A DNA stretch of 52,560 nt from Candidatus Moraniibacteriota bacterium (GTDB lineage Bacteria > Patescibacteriota > Minisyncoccia > Moranbacterales > UBA2206): assembly GCA_030679995.1 (NCBI GenBank), contig JAUXSK010000009.1, positions 1-52,560 of the forward strand. Reading direction: 5' to 3'. Below the pieces are notes generated by a model. The model was not told the origin of the DNA. It searched no databases and was given only the letters and a program-made list of their open reading frames with translations. Position 1 is the first letter of the stretch. Every line of letters begins with the position of its first letter. Of this stretch, positions 9,476 through 18,693 are shown piece by piece. The translations under genes were made by a program, and so were the position numbers.

Positions 9476-11383
9476 ATGTCTCTTTCAGAAATAAAAAACA
9501 AGCTATATAAAAAAGATCCGGATAAGAATCTGATGCTTCACGATGAAAGCGAGTTCGATGCGAGGAATAAGAATGTAGCTCCAGGCAAGACTGGTGCGGA
9601 TATGGAAGATATTTGGCGGCGGCAGGCTCCGATTCCGCTTGAAAAGAAAAAAAACGTTTTGAAAATAGGTGGAATCATTCTAGGTGCAGTGGTCGTTATC
9701 ATCTTGTCGATGGTAGCGGTCTATCAGATACGCAAGGCTTCATTCGGCGAGGACCGGGTCACGGTCACTGTTGACGGTCCGAAAGAAACAAGAAGCGGGA
9801 AATTGCTGACATACGAAATAACATATAACAATAATAATTGGGCGTCATTGGATGACGCGGTGCTTAGGATAAGCCACCCGGAAAGTTTCAAGCCCGAAGA
9901 AAGCGCGGTCTATAAAACGGAAAGCCCGACGGTCAGTCTGGTCGAGCTGGGAAAATTGGACGGGCATGCGGCCGGCAAAATCGTTTTCAGCGGTCGGGCC
10001 TATAGTCCCAAGGGAACTTTGATGTACATAAAATCCGCTTTGTCATATAAGCCGTCCAATTTCAATAGCCAATTTGTAGCGGAGGGGCAAATCGGAGTCA
10101 ATGTGATTTCTACGCCTATGACATTGGAAATTATGGCTCCGCAAGGTATGGCGAGCGGAGATGCCCTGGATTACCAAGTGAGTTATAAAAACGTAGGCGC
10201 CGAAGATTTCGAAAATATCCGGATCAAAGTCGATTTTCCGGAGGGCTTCATTTTTTCCAAATCCGACCCGTCGGTTTCGGAAGGGAACAATATCTGGTAT
10301 ATCGGACATCTTTCCGCCGGAGACGCCGGGAAAATCGTAATCAGCGGTAAGCTGCAAGGCGAGCGGGATAATATCAAAAAAGTCGCAGTTTATATCGGTA
10401 CTATCAACCAAGGGCAATTTGTCACTTATAATGAGGAATCGACAACTACCAAGATCGCCGCATCGCCTTTGGTGATTTATCAAACAGTCAACGGGTCGAC
10501 GAATTTTTTCGCCAATGCGGGGGACACCCTCAGGTTTGAAATACATTATAAAAATGCGAGCGATCTCGGTCTGGGCAATGTCAATATTAAAGAAACCTTG
10601 AATAGTCCGGTTTTGGATTATTCGACTCTGGAAACGGATGGCGGAGCCTATGATACCGATAACCGGACGATCGAATGGAAGGCTGCGGATCATCCCGCGC
10701 TGGCCAATTTGGCCCCCGGACAGGAGGGTACGATCGCTTTTTCGGTCGATGTCAGCAACACTATTCCGTTGCAAACCGTAAACGATAAGAATTTTGTGAT
10801 TTCAAGCGTCGTGCGGATCGACAGTCCGGACATTCCTACTCCGATCGAGATGAATAAGATCGTAGCCGGCAATAAGATGGATATAAAATTGAATTCTAAA
10901 TTGACTGTCGATGTCAAAGGCTATTATAACGATCCTTTCATCTCCAACGCTGGTCCGATTCCGCCGGCTGTCGGGCAGGAAACGACCTATACGATCCATT
11001 TGAGAGCTGGTAACGTTTCCAACGATGTGACGGATGCCAAGATCGAAACTGTCTTGCCGACAGGCGTCGTAATGACAGGCAAGACATATCCGGAAGGCGC
11101 CAATCTTGAATATAATGGACGGACGAATTCGATAGTCTGGAATATCGGTACGATGAAAGTCGGGGAGGGTATCATAAGCCCTTTGCGGGAAGTGGCCTTC
11201 CAAGTGAAGATCAAACCATCGCCCAATCAGGCGGGTCAGATGGTGGATATTTTGCAATCTGGGATATTTTCGGCCAAAGACTCATTCACGCAGGAAAATT
11301 TGACCGCGCAATTCAAGAGTAAAAACACGATGTTGCAAGAGGACCAGTCCATTGACGCTAGCGGATGGAAAGTAGTACAATAG
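9476..11383 (+). CDS. Membrane-anchored protein with repeated Ig-like/DUF11-like beta domains
   Basis: Single N-proximal TM; repeated G..L.Y.I.Y.N and W.IG.L..G patterns. Confidence 0.75.
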   Translation: MSLSEIKNKLYKKDPDKNLMLHDESEFDARNKNVAPGKTGADMEDIWRRQAPIPLEKKKNVLKIGGIILGAVVVIILSMVAVYQIRKASFGEDRVTVTVDGPKETRSGKLLTYEITYNNNNWASLDDAVLRISHPESFKPEESAVYKTESPTVSLVELGKLDGHAAGKIVFSGRAYSPKGTLMYIKSALSYKPSNFNSQFVAEGQIGVNVISTPMTLEIMAPQGMASGDALDYQVSYKNVGAEDFENIRIKVDFPEGFIFSKSDPSVSEGNNIWYIGHLSAGDAGKIVISGKLQGERDNIKKVAVYIGTINQGQFVTYNEESTTTKIAASPLVIYQTVNGSTNFFANAGDTLRFEIHYKNASDLGLGNVNIKETLNSPVLDYSTLETDGGAYDTDNRTIEWKAADHPALANLAPGQEGTIAFSVDVSNTIPLQTVNDKNFVISSVVRIDSPDIPTPIEMNKIVAGNKMDIKLNSKLTVDVKGYYNDPFISNAGPIPPAVGQETTYTIHLRAGNVSNDVTDAKIETVLPTGVVMTGKTYPEGANLEYNGRTNSIVWNIGTMKVGEGIISPLREVAFQVKIKPSPNQAGQMVDILQSGIFSAKDSFTQENLTAQFKSKNTMLQEDQSIDASGWKVVQ

Positions 11384-11393
11384 TTTGACGATT

Positions 11394-12557
11394 ATGAAAG
11401 ATAATTTTGAAATAATTTCGCAAGGCGCTTTTGCCAGAGTCGGAAAACTTAGGACTAAAAACGGAGAAATCAACACTCCGTTTTTTATGCCGATCGCGAC
11501 CAAAGGCGCGGTTAAGAATGTTTTGCCGCGCGAGCTCAAGGAAATCGGAGCGGAAATCGCCCTGGGTAACACTTACCATTTATGGCTTCGGCCGGGGGAC
11601 GAGTTGATCGCGCGCGCCGGCGGTTTGCACCGGTTTATGGATTGGTCCGGGCCGATCCTGACCGATTCGGGCGGTTTCCAAGTTTTTTCATTGGGTGCGC
11701 GCGCCAAAAAGAACTTCGGGAAAAACGGAGTGCGTCTGACTGAAGAAGGTGTCTATTTCACCGATCCGGTCAATGGCAAAGAGCATTTTATGAGTCCGGA
11801 GAAATCGATTGAGATCCAATTGAATCTTGGATCGGATATCATTATGGTTTTGGATGAATGTCCGCCGTATCCTGCGACTTATGAGTATGCGAAAAAATCT
11901 TTGGAATTGACCACACGTTGGGCGGCGCGCTGTTTCAAATATTTCTATGGATATGTTGATAAAAACAAGGACAAATATGAAAACGGACGGCCGTTGTTAT
12001 TTTGCATAGTGCAAGGTTCGGTCTATGAAGATCTGCGTGAGGAATCGGCCCGGCAATTGTCGCAGTTGGATTTCGCCGCGCTGGGCGGTCCGGCGGACGG
12101 CTGGAACGGTTACGCGATCGGCGGGGTGGCGGTCGGGGAACCGCGGGAGAAGATGTATGATATTTTGCGCTGGGTAGTGCCGGTCTTGCCGGAAAACAAA
12201 CCACGCTACTTGATGGGGCTCGGCAAGCCGGAAGAAATCGTGGCGGCGGTGGGAGCGGGCGTGGATATGTTCGATTGCGTCATCCCGACGCGGGAAGGCC
12301 GGCACGGGCGCTTGTTTATCCGGAAGCACGATGATTTATCCAAAGCGGATTTTTACGAAACCATCAATATCAACAATGAAAAATTCAAAGAAGATTTTTC
12401 TCCGGTCGATGCCCGATGTGATTGTATGCTTTGCCGGAACTATACCCGGGCCTATCTGCGCTATCTCTTTTCCGTCAAAGAACTGCTGGCGCTCAAGCTG
12501 GCCGCCGTCCATAATTTGAAATTCTATCTGGACCTGATGGACGGGTTGAAAAAATAA
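11394..12557 (+). CDS. tgt: tRNA-guanine transglycosylase
   Basis: TPFFMP, NTYHL, TDSGGFQ, DEC, PRYLMG, DMFDCV.PTR, C-x-C-x2-C, HNL. Confidence 0.96.
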   Translation: MKDNFEIISQGAFARVGKLRTKNGEINTPFFMPIATKGAVKNVLPRELKEIGAEIALGNTYHLWLRPGDELIARAGGLHRFMDWSGPILTDSGGFQVFSLGARAKKNFGKNGVRLTEEGVYFTDPVNGKEHFMSPEKSIEIQLNLGSDIIMVLDECPPYPATYEYAKKSLELTTRWAARCFKYFYGYVDKNKDKYENGRPLLFCIVQGSVYEDLREESARQLSQLDFAALGGPADGWNGYAIGGVAVGEPREKMYDILRWVVPVLPENKPRYLMGLGKPEEIVAAVGAGVDMFDCVIPTREGRHGRLFIRKHDDLSKADFYETININNEKFKEDFSPVDARCDCMLCRNYTRAYLRYLFSVKELLALKLAAVHNLKFYLDLMDGLKK

Positions 12558-12569
12558 GCCGGTCTGAGC

Positions 12570-12598
12570 TTGACAAAGCCTCTCAGACCTGCTATAAT
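12570..12598 (+). promoter_or_regulatory. Perfect-consensus sigma70 promoter with no long ORF downstream
   Basis: TTGACA-17 nt-TATAAT. Confidence 0.85.
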
Positions 12599-12604
12599 GG
12601 TTAC

Positions 12605-12801
12605 ATATGACGGGTGAATCTCCTTGCGGAGAACCCGTTTTTATTTTGGAAGCCCTAGGTTTCCATAAAAAACAAAAATAAAAATCAAAACAAAAAAGAG
12701 GTAAAAAATCAAAATCAAGGGATTCCTTGGTTTGCTCCCGTCCCATGCGGACAGGGAACTCATAAGAATCAAACCCCGTTTATCGGGGTTATTCTTTTTT
12801 T
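12605..12801 (+). ncRNA. Candidate structured small RNA (or leaderless 24-aa ORF transcript)
   Basis: Consensus promoter, three hairpins with an A-rich linker, terminator AACCCCG-TTTAT-CGGGGTT plus T run. Confidence 0.5.
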
Positions 12802-12806
12802 AAAAT

Positions 12807-12834
12807 AAAAAATCGCCCCAAGCGGAGCGATTTT
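12807..12834 (-). terminator. Terminator for the minus-strand ORF
   Basis: AAAATCGC..GCGATTTT inverted repeat. Confidence 0.65.
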
Positions 12835-12847
12835 AAGAAAATGCCGA

Positions 12848-13141
12848 TTAAATTTCCGATAGGATAGTGTAAACAGAATCCTGTTTGATCTTTATCACAG
12901 CTAATTGGCCAAATACGGCTTTGTCGGGAAGGGCTTGGGCATCTTCAAGAATGAAGACGGGTTGATATGAATTTGTCATTATGGTCATTTCGTCCCCACT
13001 GACGGTACATTTGATGTAGGCTTCGACTGTGAGGGATATGCCGATGGAAGTGCTGCTTTTTCCGGCCGCTTTCAAAGAAGGGGCGGATAATAAAAGCAAA
13101 GTCGCCAAGAAAAAAATAAATATGGTTAATTTGTGATTCAT
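12848..13141 (-). CDS. Small secreted hypothetical protein
   Basis: Signal-peptide-like N-terminus ending LKA; own terminator. Confidence 0.7.
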   Translation of the reverse strand: MNHKLTIFIFFLATLLLLSAPSLKAAGKSSTSIGISLTVEAYIKCTVSGDEMTIMTNSYQPVFILEDAQALPDKAVFGQLAVIKIKQDSVYTILSEI

Positions 13142-13255
13142 AGGGGCTTTTTAATTGAACAGAAGAGTCTAGCACATTTTTATGTTTTTGTCAAGACAAA
13201 GGGGTATGGGCGCCCTGCGTTGACCGGGCAAGAAAAAGGGAGTAGATTGAAGTGT

Positions 13256-14587
13256 ATGAAAAAAATCGAACTGTTGGCTCCGGCCGGCAATCTGGAAAAA
13301 TTGAAATACGCTATCGCTTATGGCGCCGATGCGGTCTATGCCGGCGTGCCGGATTTTTCATTGCGGGTGCGGATCAATAATTTCACCCGGGAATCCTTGC
13401 GGGAAGCGGCGGAGTTCGCGCGCAAACACAAAAAGAAAATCTATATCACTTTGAATATCTATGCTCACAATGACCACCTTGAACGCGTCAAGGAACATTT
13501 GAAGTTTTTAAAGACGCTGGATATCGATGGCGTGATTGTGGCCGATCCGGGCATCATCAGGCTGGTCAAAAAACATCTGCCGAAAACGGAAATCCACCTG
13601 TCGACCCAGGCTAACGCGACCAATATCGAAGCGGTGAAATTTTGGGCGGAAATCGGAATCAAACGGATCGTTCTGGCGCGCGAAGTGACGCTGGAAGAAA
13701 TCCGTGAAATCAAGAAAGCGGTGCCGAAAATGGAATTGGAATATTTCGTGCACGGCGCGATGTGTATGAGTTATTCCGGGCGCTGTATATTATCCAAATG
13801 GATGAGCGATCGCAGCGCCAATCTGGGGGATTGCACCCAGCCTTGCCGTTGGAAATATACTGAAAAATCTAAAATCCAAAATATCAAATCCCAAATAAAT
13901 TCGAAATCACAAATCCAAAATCCAAAAAATTGTGGAAAAAATAGTAATGATGAAATATTAGCTGCTAGTGTAATTGATGATCAGAAAAGATTCGAAGTTG
14001 ATTTGGAGGAGGATCAGCACGGGACATATTTTTTCAACAGCCGGGATATGAATTTGTCCGGGCACATCCAAGACCTAGTCGAGGCGGGCGTGGACTCTTT
14101 GAAAATCGAAGGGCGGGCCAAGAGCGTGTATTATGTTTCGACCGTAGTCGGGGCGTATCGCAAGATCATCGATGCGCTGGGCAAGAAAAATTTAAAACAG
14201 ATTATCAGAAAACAACAAAAGGAATTGGACACCTTGGTGAACCGCGGTTACTCAAAAGGTTTTTTGTTGGGGAATGAGCCGGAGCATAATTTCACAGGTG
14301 GCCTGGATGGTACGGGATATAAATTCGTAGGACAGATAGAAGGGCGGCGAAAAATCGGCAATAAAATTTTCTCGGTCGTTTTTATGCACAATGGGATATC
14401 TTTGGCGGATAAATTGGAATTGGTCTCTCCGGAGGGAAGCCGAAAAATCAAACTTAAGAAAATCCTGAACCACAAAATGGAAGAGGTATCAGAGGCGCAC
14501 GGCGGACATGACAAGCGTTATTTTTTTGATTTTGATGGGAAAGAAGTTGCCAAATTTGGATTATTAAGGAAGAATGGAGATAGGTAA
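13256..14587 (+). CDS. Peptidase U32 family Fe-S protein (TrhP/YegQ-like tRNA hydroxylation)
   Basis: ELLAPAG, YGADAVY, HLSTQ, HGAMCMSYSGRC..N.G.CTQPCR, SLKIEGR. Confidence 0.92.
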   Translation: MKKIELLAPAGNLEKLKYAIAYGADAVYAGVPDFSLRVRINNFTRESLREAAEFARKHKKKIYITLNIYAHNDHLERVKEHLKFLKTLDIDGVIVADPGIIRLVKKHLPKTEIHLSTQANATNIEAVKFWAEIGIKRIVLAREVTLEEIREIKKAVPKMELEYFVHGAMCMSYSGRCILSKWMSDRSANLGDCTQPCRWKYTEKSKIQNIKSQINSKSQIQNPKNCGKNSNDEILAASVIDDQKRFEVDLEEDQHGTYFFNSRDMNLSGHIQDLVEAGVDSLKIEGRAKSVYYVSTVVGAYRKIIDALGKKNLKQIIRKQQKELDTLVNRGYSKGFLLGNEPEHNFTGGLDGTGYKFVGQIEGRRKIGNKIFSVVFMHNGISLADKLELVSPEGSRKIKLKKILNHKMEEVSEAHGGHDKRYFFDFDGKEVAKFGLLRKNGDR

Positions 14588-14596
14588 TAAAAGTAT

Positions 14597-14669
14597 GTCC
14601 TTGTAGCTCAGTGGATAGAGCGTCTGGTTCCGGTCCAGAAGGCCGCAGGTCCGATTCCTGCCAAGGACA
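14597..14669 (+). tRNA. tRNA-Arg(CCG); CCA not encoded
   Basis: Cloverleaf: acceptor GTCCTTG/CAAGGAC, D arm GCTC/GAGC, anticodon arm TCTGG-TTCCGGT-CCAGA, T arm GCAGG-TCCGATT-CCTGC. Confidence 0.95.
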
Positions 14670-14711
14670 CCGAATTTGATTTTTCAGGATTGTTTGATAT
14701 AATGACCATAT

Positions 14712-14862
14712 GAAGCGATGATGGGGGTTTGGCTCCCCGGAGCTGATAGGGCATAGTCAAGGCGGTTCGACGAAAGTCGGACAAATCAGGTGGAACCGCG
14801 GACCAGATAAATGGCTCGTCCTGAACATACTATTTTTATTGTATGTTTGGGATGGGCTTTTT
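14712..14862 (+). promoter_or_regulatory. T-box riboswitch (Gly), minimal, transcription-antitermination type
   Basis: TCAGGTGGAACCGCGG at 14786-14801, partner TCGTCCTGA, long terminator ending 14862, K-turn AGCGATGA/GGAGCT, GGC at 14731-14733; TATAAT at 14698. Confidence 0.88.
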
Positions 14863-14888
14863 AAATTCTAATTATATTATAAATTCAA

Positions 14889-15031
14889 AAATAATTTTTA
14901 ATTATCTTGGAATTTAACTCGAACCGCGGATTTTATAACTGAAATTTTTCCTCATTCAACATGCCTACAGAAAAATTTCAGATAAAATCCGGATTCTCAA
15001 ACAGAAATTCCTCAAAAATTAAAAAATTATT
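14889..15031. repeat. Long imperfect inverted repeat in the glyS 5' region
   Basis: Nested pairs AATAATTTTTAATT/AATTAAAAAATTATT, GGAATTT/AAATTCC, CGGATTTTAT/ATAAAATCCG, CTGAAATTTTTC/GAAAAATTTCAG. Confidence 0.75.
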
Positions 15032-15040
15032 TTAAAAAAT

Positions 15041-16441
15041 ATGGCAGAAATAAATCAGATGGAAAAATTGGTTTCGCTTTGCAAAAGGCGGGGATTCGTT
15101 TTCCCGAGTTCGGAAATCTACGGCGGTTTTGCCGCGATCTATGATTACGGCCACTATGGGACATTATTGAAAAACAATATCCGCGACGCGTGGTGGAAAC
15201 ATATGGTGCAATACCGCGATGATGTCGTCGGTCTCGACAGTGCGATTTTTATGCACCCCAAGACCTGGGTGGCTTCGGGGCACGTGGACAGCTTCGACGA
15301 TCCGCAGATCGATTGCAAGAAATGCAAAGCGCGGATGCGGGCCGACCATATTTTGGAGGTTTTCGGCATCAATGCCGACAAACAGCCGCTGGAGTTCATC
15401 AATGCGGAAATTAAAAAATTAAAGGAGCTGGGAAAATTGAAATGCCAGGCTTGCGGATCGACTGACGTGACGGAAGCCAAGCGTTTTTCCCTGATGGTGA
15501 AATCCAATTTGGGTTCCCCGACGGATGCTTTGAGTGAGGAGAACGTCGTCTATCTGCGTCCGGAAACTTGCGGGGGGATTTATCTGGAATACAAAAACAC
15601 GGTCGATTCGACGCGGGTGAAATTGCCGTTCGGAATCGCCCAAATCGGCAAGGCTTTCCGCAATGAAATCGTGGCGCGCCAGTTCATTTTCCGTACGCGG
15701 GAATTCGAACAGATGGAGATGCAATATTTCTTACATCCGTCGATAATGAAGGAAAAATATGAAATGTGGAAGAAATTGCGTTGGGATTGGTATCTTGAAT
15801 ATGGGATCGCCGGTGAAAATATCCAGTGGCATCAGCATGAAAAGCTGGCACACTACGCTTCTGAGGCCTATGATGTCGAATATGATTTCAAATCCCTCGG
15901 CGGCTTCAAGGAAATCGAAGGCGTCCACGCGCGGGGAAATTGGGATTTGAGCCAGCACGCCAAGTTTTCCGGAGTGGATCTGAGTTATTTGGATGAAAAA
16001 ACCGGTGAGCGGTTCGTGCCGCACATCATGGAAACCTCAGTCGGTCTCGGGAGGTTGTTTTTGATGTTTCTGGATAAAGCGTATACGGAAGAGGAAATCA
16101 AGGAAGGCGAGGTCAGGACCGTTTTGAAATTGGACAAACGTTTGGCGCCGATCAAAGTGGCGATTTTTCCGTTGATGAAAAACAAGCCGGAATTGGTATC
16201 CAAGGCGCGGGAAATTTTCGATGGTTTGAAGATGCGATGGATGTGCGAGTTCGATGACAACGGGAATGTCGGCAAACGCTACCGTCGGCAAGACGAAATC
16301 GGCACGCCCTATTGCGTGACGGTGGATTTCGATAGCTTGGAGGACGGCGCGGTGACGGTGCGCGACCGCGACACGATGCGGCAGGAGCGGATCGGAATTG
16401 AAAAACTGGAAAGTTTTTTCTCCGGGAAATTTTATAATTAA
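15041..16441 (+). CDS. glyS: Glycyl-tRNA synthetase, alpha2 (homodimeric) type
   Basis: KRRGFVFPSSEIYGG, YLRPET, FRNEI..RQFIFRTREFEQME, GKRYRRQDEIGTP. Confidence 0.97.
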   Translation: MAEINQMEKLVSLCKRRGFVFPSSEIYGGFAAIYDYGHYGTLLKNNIRDAWWKHMVQYRDDVVGLDSAIFMHPKTWVASGHVDSFDDPQIDCKKCKARMRADHILEVFGINADKQPLEFINAEIKKLKELGKLKCQACGSTDVTEAKRFSLMVKSNLGSPTDALSEENVVYLRPETCGGIYLEYKNTVDSTRVKLPFGIAQIGKAFRNEIVARQFIFRTREFEQMEMQYFLHPSIMKEKYEMWKKLRWDWYLEYGIAGENIQWHQHEKLAHYASEAYDVEYDFKSLGGFKEIEGVHARGNWDLSQHAKFSGVDLSYLDEKTGERFVPHIMETSVGLGRLFLMFLDKAYTEEEIKEGEVRTVLKLDKRLAPIKVAIFPLMKNKPELVSKAREIFDGLKMRWMCEFDDNGNVGKRYRRQDEIGTPYCVTVDFDSLEDGAVTVRDRDTMRQERIGIEKLESFFSGKFYN

Positions 16442-16459
16442 AAATTAATAAATAAAAAT

Positions 16460-17410
16460 ATGGATCTACGGGAAATATACAAACTGGCTATCGAATTCGG
16501 GATTAAAAACGATTTGCGTGGCGAAAAGGAAGTTATAAAAAAATTGGAAAGGATAAAGGGGCAATATGATAAACTGTCTATGGAAGAAAAAGAATCTTTT
16601 GACCAGGAGAGGCTGACGAATCCTTTTATGGATTCGACCATCCATTATGACAGTGGAAAAAAAGTGAAGACCGTGATGGCCGGGATCGATATCGATGCCG
16701 GGGAGTTATTGATCGCCAAGGAATTGGGAGTGGACGCGGTCATCGCACATCATCCGGTGGGCAAAGGACTGTCGTATTTGGATGATGTTATGCATCTGCA
16801 GGCCGATGTGCTGGCCCAATACGGAGTGCCGATTAACGTAGCTGAAAGTCTGATGAAAATCAGGATCAGCGAGGTTTCCCGCAGCGTAAATCCGTCCAAT
16901 CATTTCAAATCTCCGATGGCGGCGCAAAATTTGAAAATCAACTTCTTAAATGTGCACACTCCCGCGGATAACGCGGTGGCTACATTTCTTAAAAATCTGA
17001 TTGAAAAGAAAAATCCTGAATATGTGGGTGAGATAATCGAACTTTTGGAAAGCGTGCCGGAATACAAAGAAGCGAAAAAATACGGTCTGGGTCCGACTTT
17101 GTTTGTTGGAAACAAGGAAAATAGAACTGGAAAGATTGCAGTTACGGAAATTACCGGAGGGACTGAAGGCAGTCCTAAGATGTATGAGAAAATGGCCAAT
17201 GCCGGAGTGGGCACTATAATCGCTATGCATCAGAGCGAGAAACACAGGGAAGCGGCAGAAAAAGCGCATATTAATGTGGTGATTGCCGGGCATATTTCAT
17301 CGGATAATATCGGGGTTAATCTGTTTTTGGATGAATTGGAGAAAAGGGGCATCGGGATCATCCCTTGCTCAGGTTTAATTCGCGTAAGCAGGAATAAGAA
17401 AAGAAAATAG
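16460..17410 (+). CDS. NIF3/DUF34-like dinuclear metal-binding protein
   Basis: GIDID, IAHHP, HTPADN, TIIAMH, AGHISSD. Confidence 0.85.
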   Translation: MDLREIYKLAIEFGIKNDLRGEKEVIKKLERIKGQYDKLSMEEKESFDQERLTNPFMDSTIHYDSGKKVKTVMAGIDIDAGELLIAKELGVDAVIAHHPVGKGLSYLDDVMHLQADVLAQYGVPINVAESLMKIRISEVSRSVNPSNHFKSPMAAQNLKINFLNVHTPADNAVATFLKNLIEKKNPEYVGEIIELLESVPEYKEAKKYGLGPTLFVGNKENRTGKIAVTEITGGTEGSPKMYEKMANAGVGTIIAMHQSEKHREAAEKAHINVVIAGHISSDNIGVNLFLDELEKRGIGIIPCSGLIRVSRNKKRK

Positions 17411-17411
17411 T

Positions 17412-18680
17412 ATGAATTATAAAAAAACGATATTGAAAAACGGCTTGCGCATAATCATGGCGCCGGTCAAAGGCACGGCCACGGCCACGGTCATAGTGAT
17501 GGTGGGCGCTGGTTCACGCTATGAATCTCCGCGGGAAGCCGGACTGTCGCATTTCATCGAGCATATGTTGTTCAAAGGTACGCAAAAAAGGCCGACCTAT
17601 CTGCAGATCGCCGAGGAATTGGATGCGATCGGCGGGGAATCGAATGCTTTTACCAGCAAGGACAAAACGGCGTATTATGCCAAGGCGGATGCCAAACATA
17701 TCGGAACGGCATTGGATGTCATCGCGGATATGTATTTGAATTCGACTTTGGAAGAAGCGGAAATAAAAAAAGAAAGCGGCACGATCATCCAGGAAATCAA
17801 TATGTATGAGGATTCGCCGATGCGCAACGTGGGCAATATCTTCGAACAGCTGATGTATGCGGACAATCCTCTGGGCGGCGACATCGCTGGCAGCAAGAAA
17901 ACCGTCGCGTCTTTCAAGCGGAATGATTTCATCGATTATATGGAGCGGTTCTATGTGGCGTCGGACACGGTGGTGTGCGTAGCCGGAAAATTCGATGAGA
18001 AAAAAACCATCGCGCGGTTGGAAGGATATTTCGCCGGTATGCGCCAGGGTAAAAAGCCGGTTATGAAGAAGGTGGTTGAAAGCCAAAAAAAACCAGAAGT
18101 GAAGATAAGATTCAAAAAAACCGACCAAACCCACCTGGTGCTGGGCGTCCGGGCTTATGACGACAATCACAAGGACCGTTTCATCTTGAATGTGATGTCG
18201 GTCATCCTGGGTGGCAATATGAGCAGCCGCATTTTCGGTGAGGTGCGTGAAAAACGGGGATTGGCGTATTATGTCAGGACTAATGTCTATGCGTACCAGG
18301 ATTGCGGATATTTGGCGACTTCGGCCGGAGTGGAACACAAGAATTTGGAACTGGCAGTCAAGACGATATTGGACGAATACAGGAAAATCGCGGCTGAACC
18401 GGTCGCGGAAAGCGAGTTGCGAAAGGCTAAAGATTATATCAAAGGACGCAGTATTATGAATCTTGAGTCTTCGGACGAAGTGGCGATGTTTTTGATCGAA
18501 CAGGAAATCGACAAGAAAAAAATAATGACGATGGAGGAGATTTTTTCCAGGATTGACAAAGTGACAACAGGTGACATACTGAGGGTAGCCAAAGATATTT
18601 TCAAAGAACGAGGGCTTAATCTGGCTATAATCGGTCCGCATAAGGACGGAAAAAAAATCCGTAAATCCTTGGTCTTATAA
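17412..18680 (+). CDS. M16 family zinc peptidase
   Basis: GLSHFIEHMLFKGT (HxxEH), NAFT, REKRGLAY. Confidence 0.95.
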   Translation: MNYKKTILKNGLRIIMAPVKGTATATVIVMVGAGSRYESPREAGLSHFIEHMLFKGTQKRPTYLQIAEELDAIGGESNAFTSKDKTAYYAKADAKHIGTALDVIADMYLNSTLEEAEIKKESGTIIQEINMYEDSPMRNVGNIFEQLMYADNPLGGDIAGSKKTVASFKRNDFIDYMERFYVASDTVVCVAGKFDEKKTIARLEGYFAGMRQGKKPVMKKVVESQKKPEVKIRFKKTDQTHLVLGVRAYDDNHKDRFILNVMSVILGGNMSSRIFGEVREKRGLAYYVRTNVYAYQDCGYLATSAGVEHKNLELAVKTILDEYRKIAAEPVAESELRKAKDYIKGRSIMNLESSDEVAMFLIEQEIDKKKIMTMEEIFSRIDKVTTGDILRVAKDIFKERGLNLAIIGPHKDGKKIRKSLVL

Positions 18681-18693
18681 AATCCATAAGTAT

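Noticed and set aside
12072..12100. Possible GC palindrome insertion in tgt (AALGGPADG)
   Set aside because: Pairing is too short to distinguish from chance
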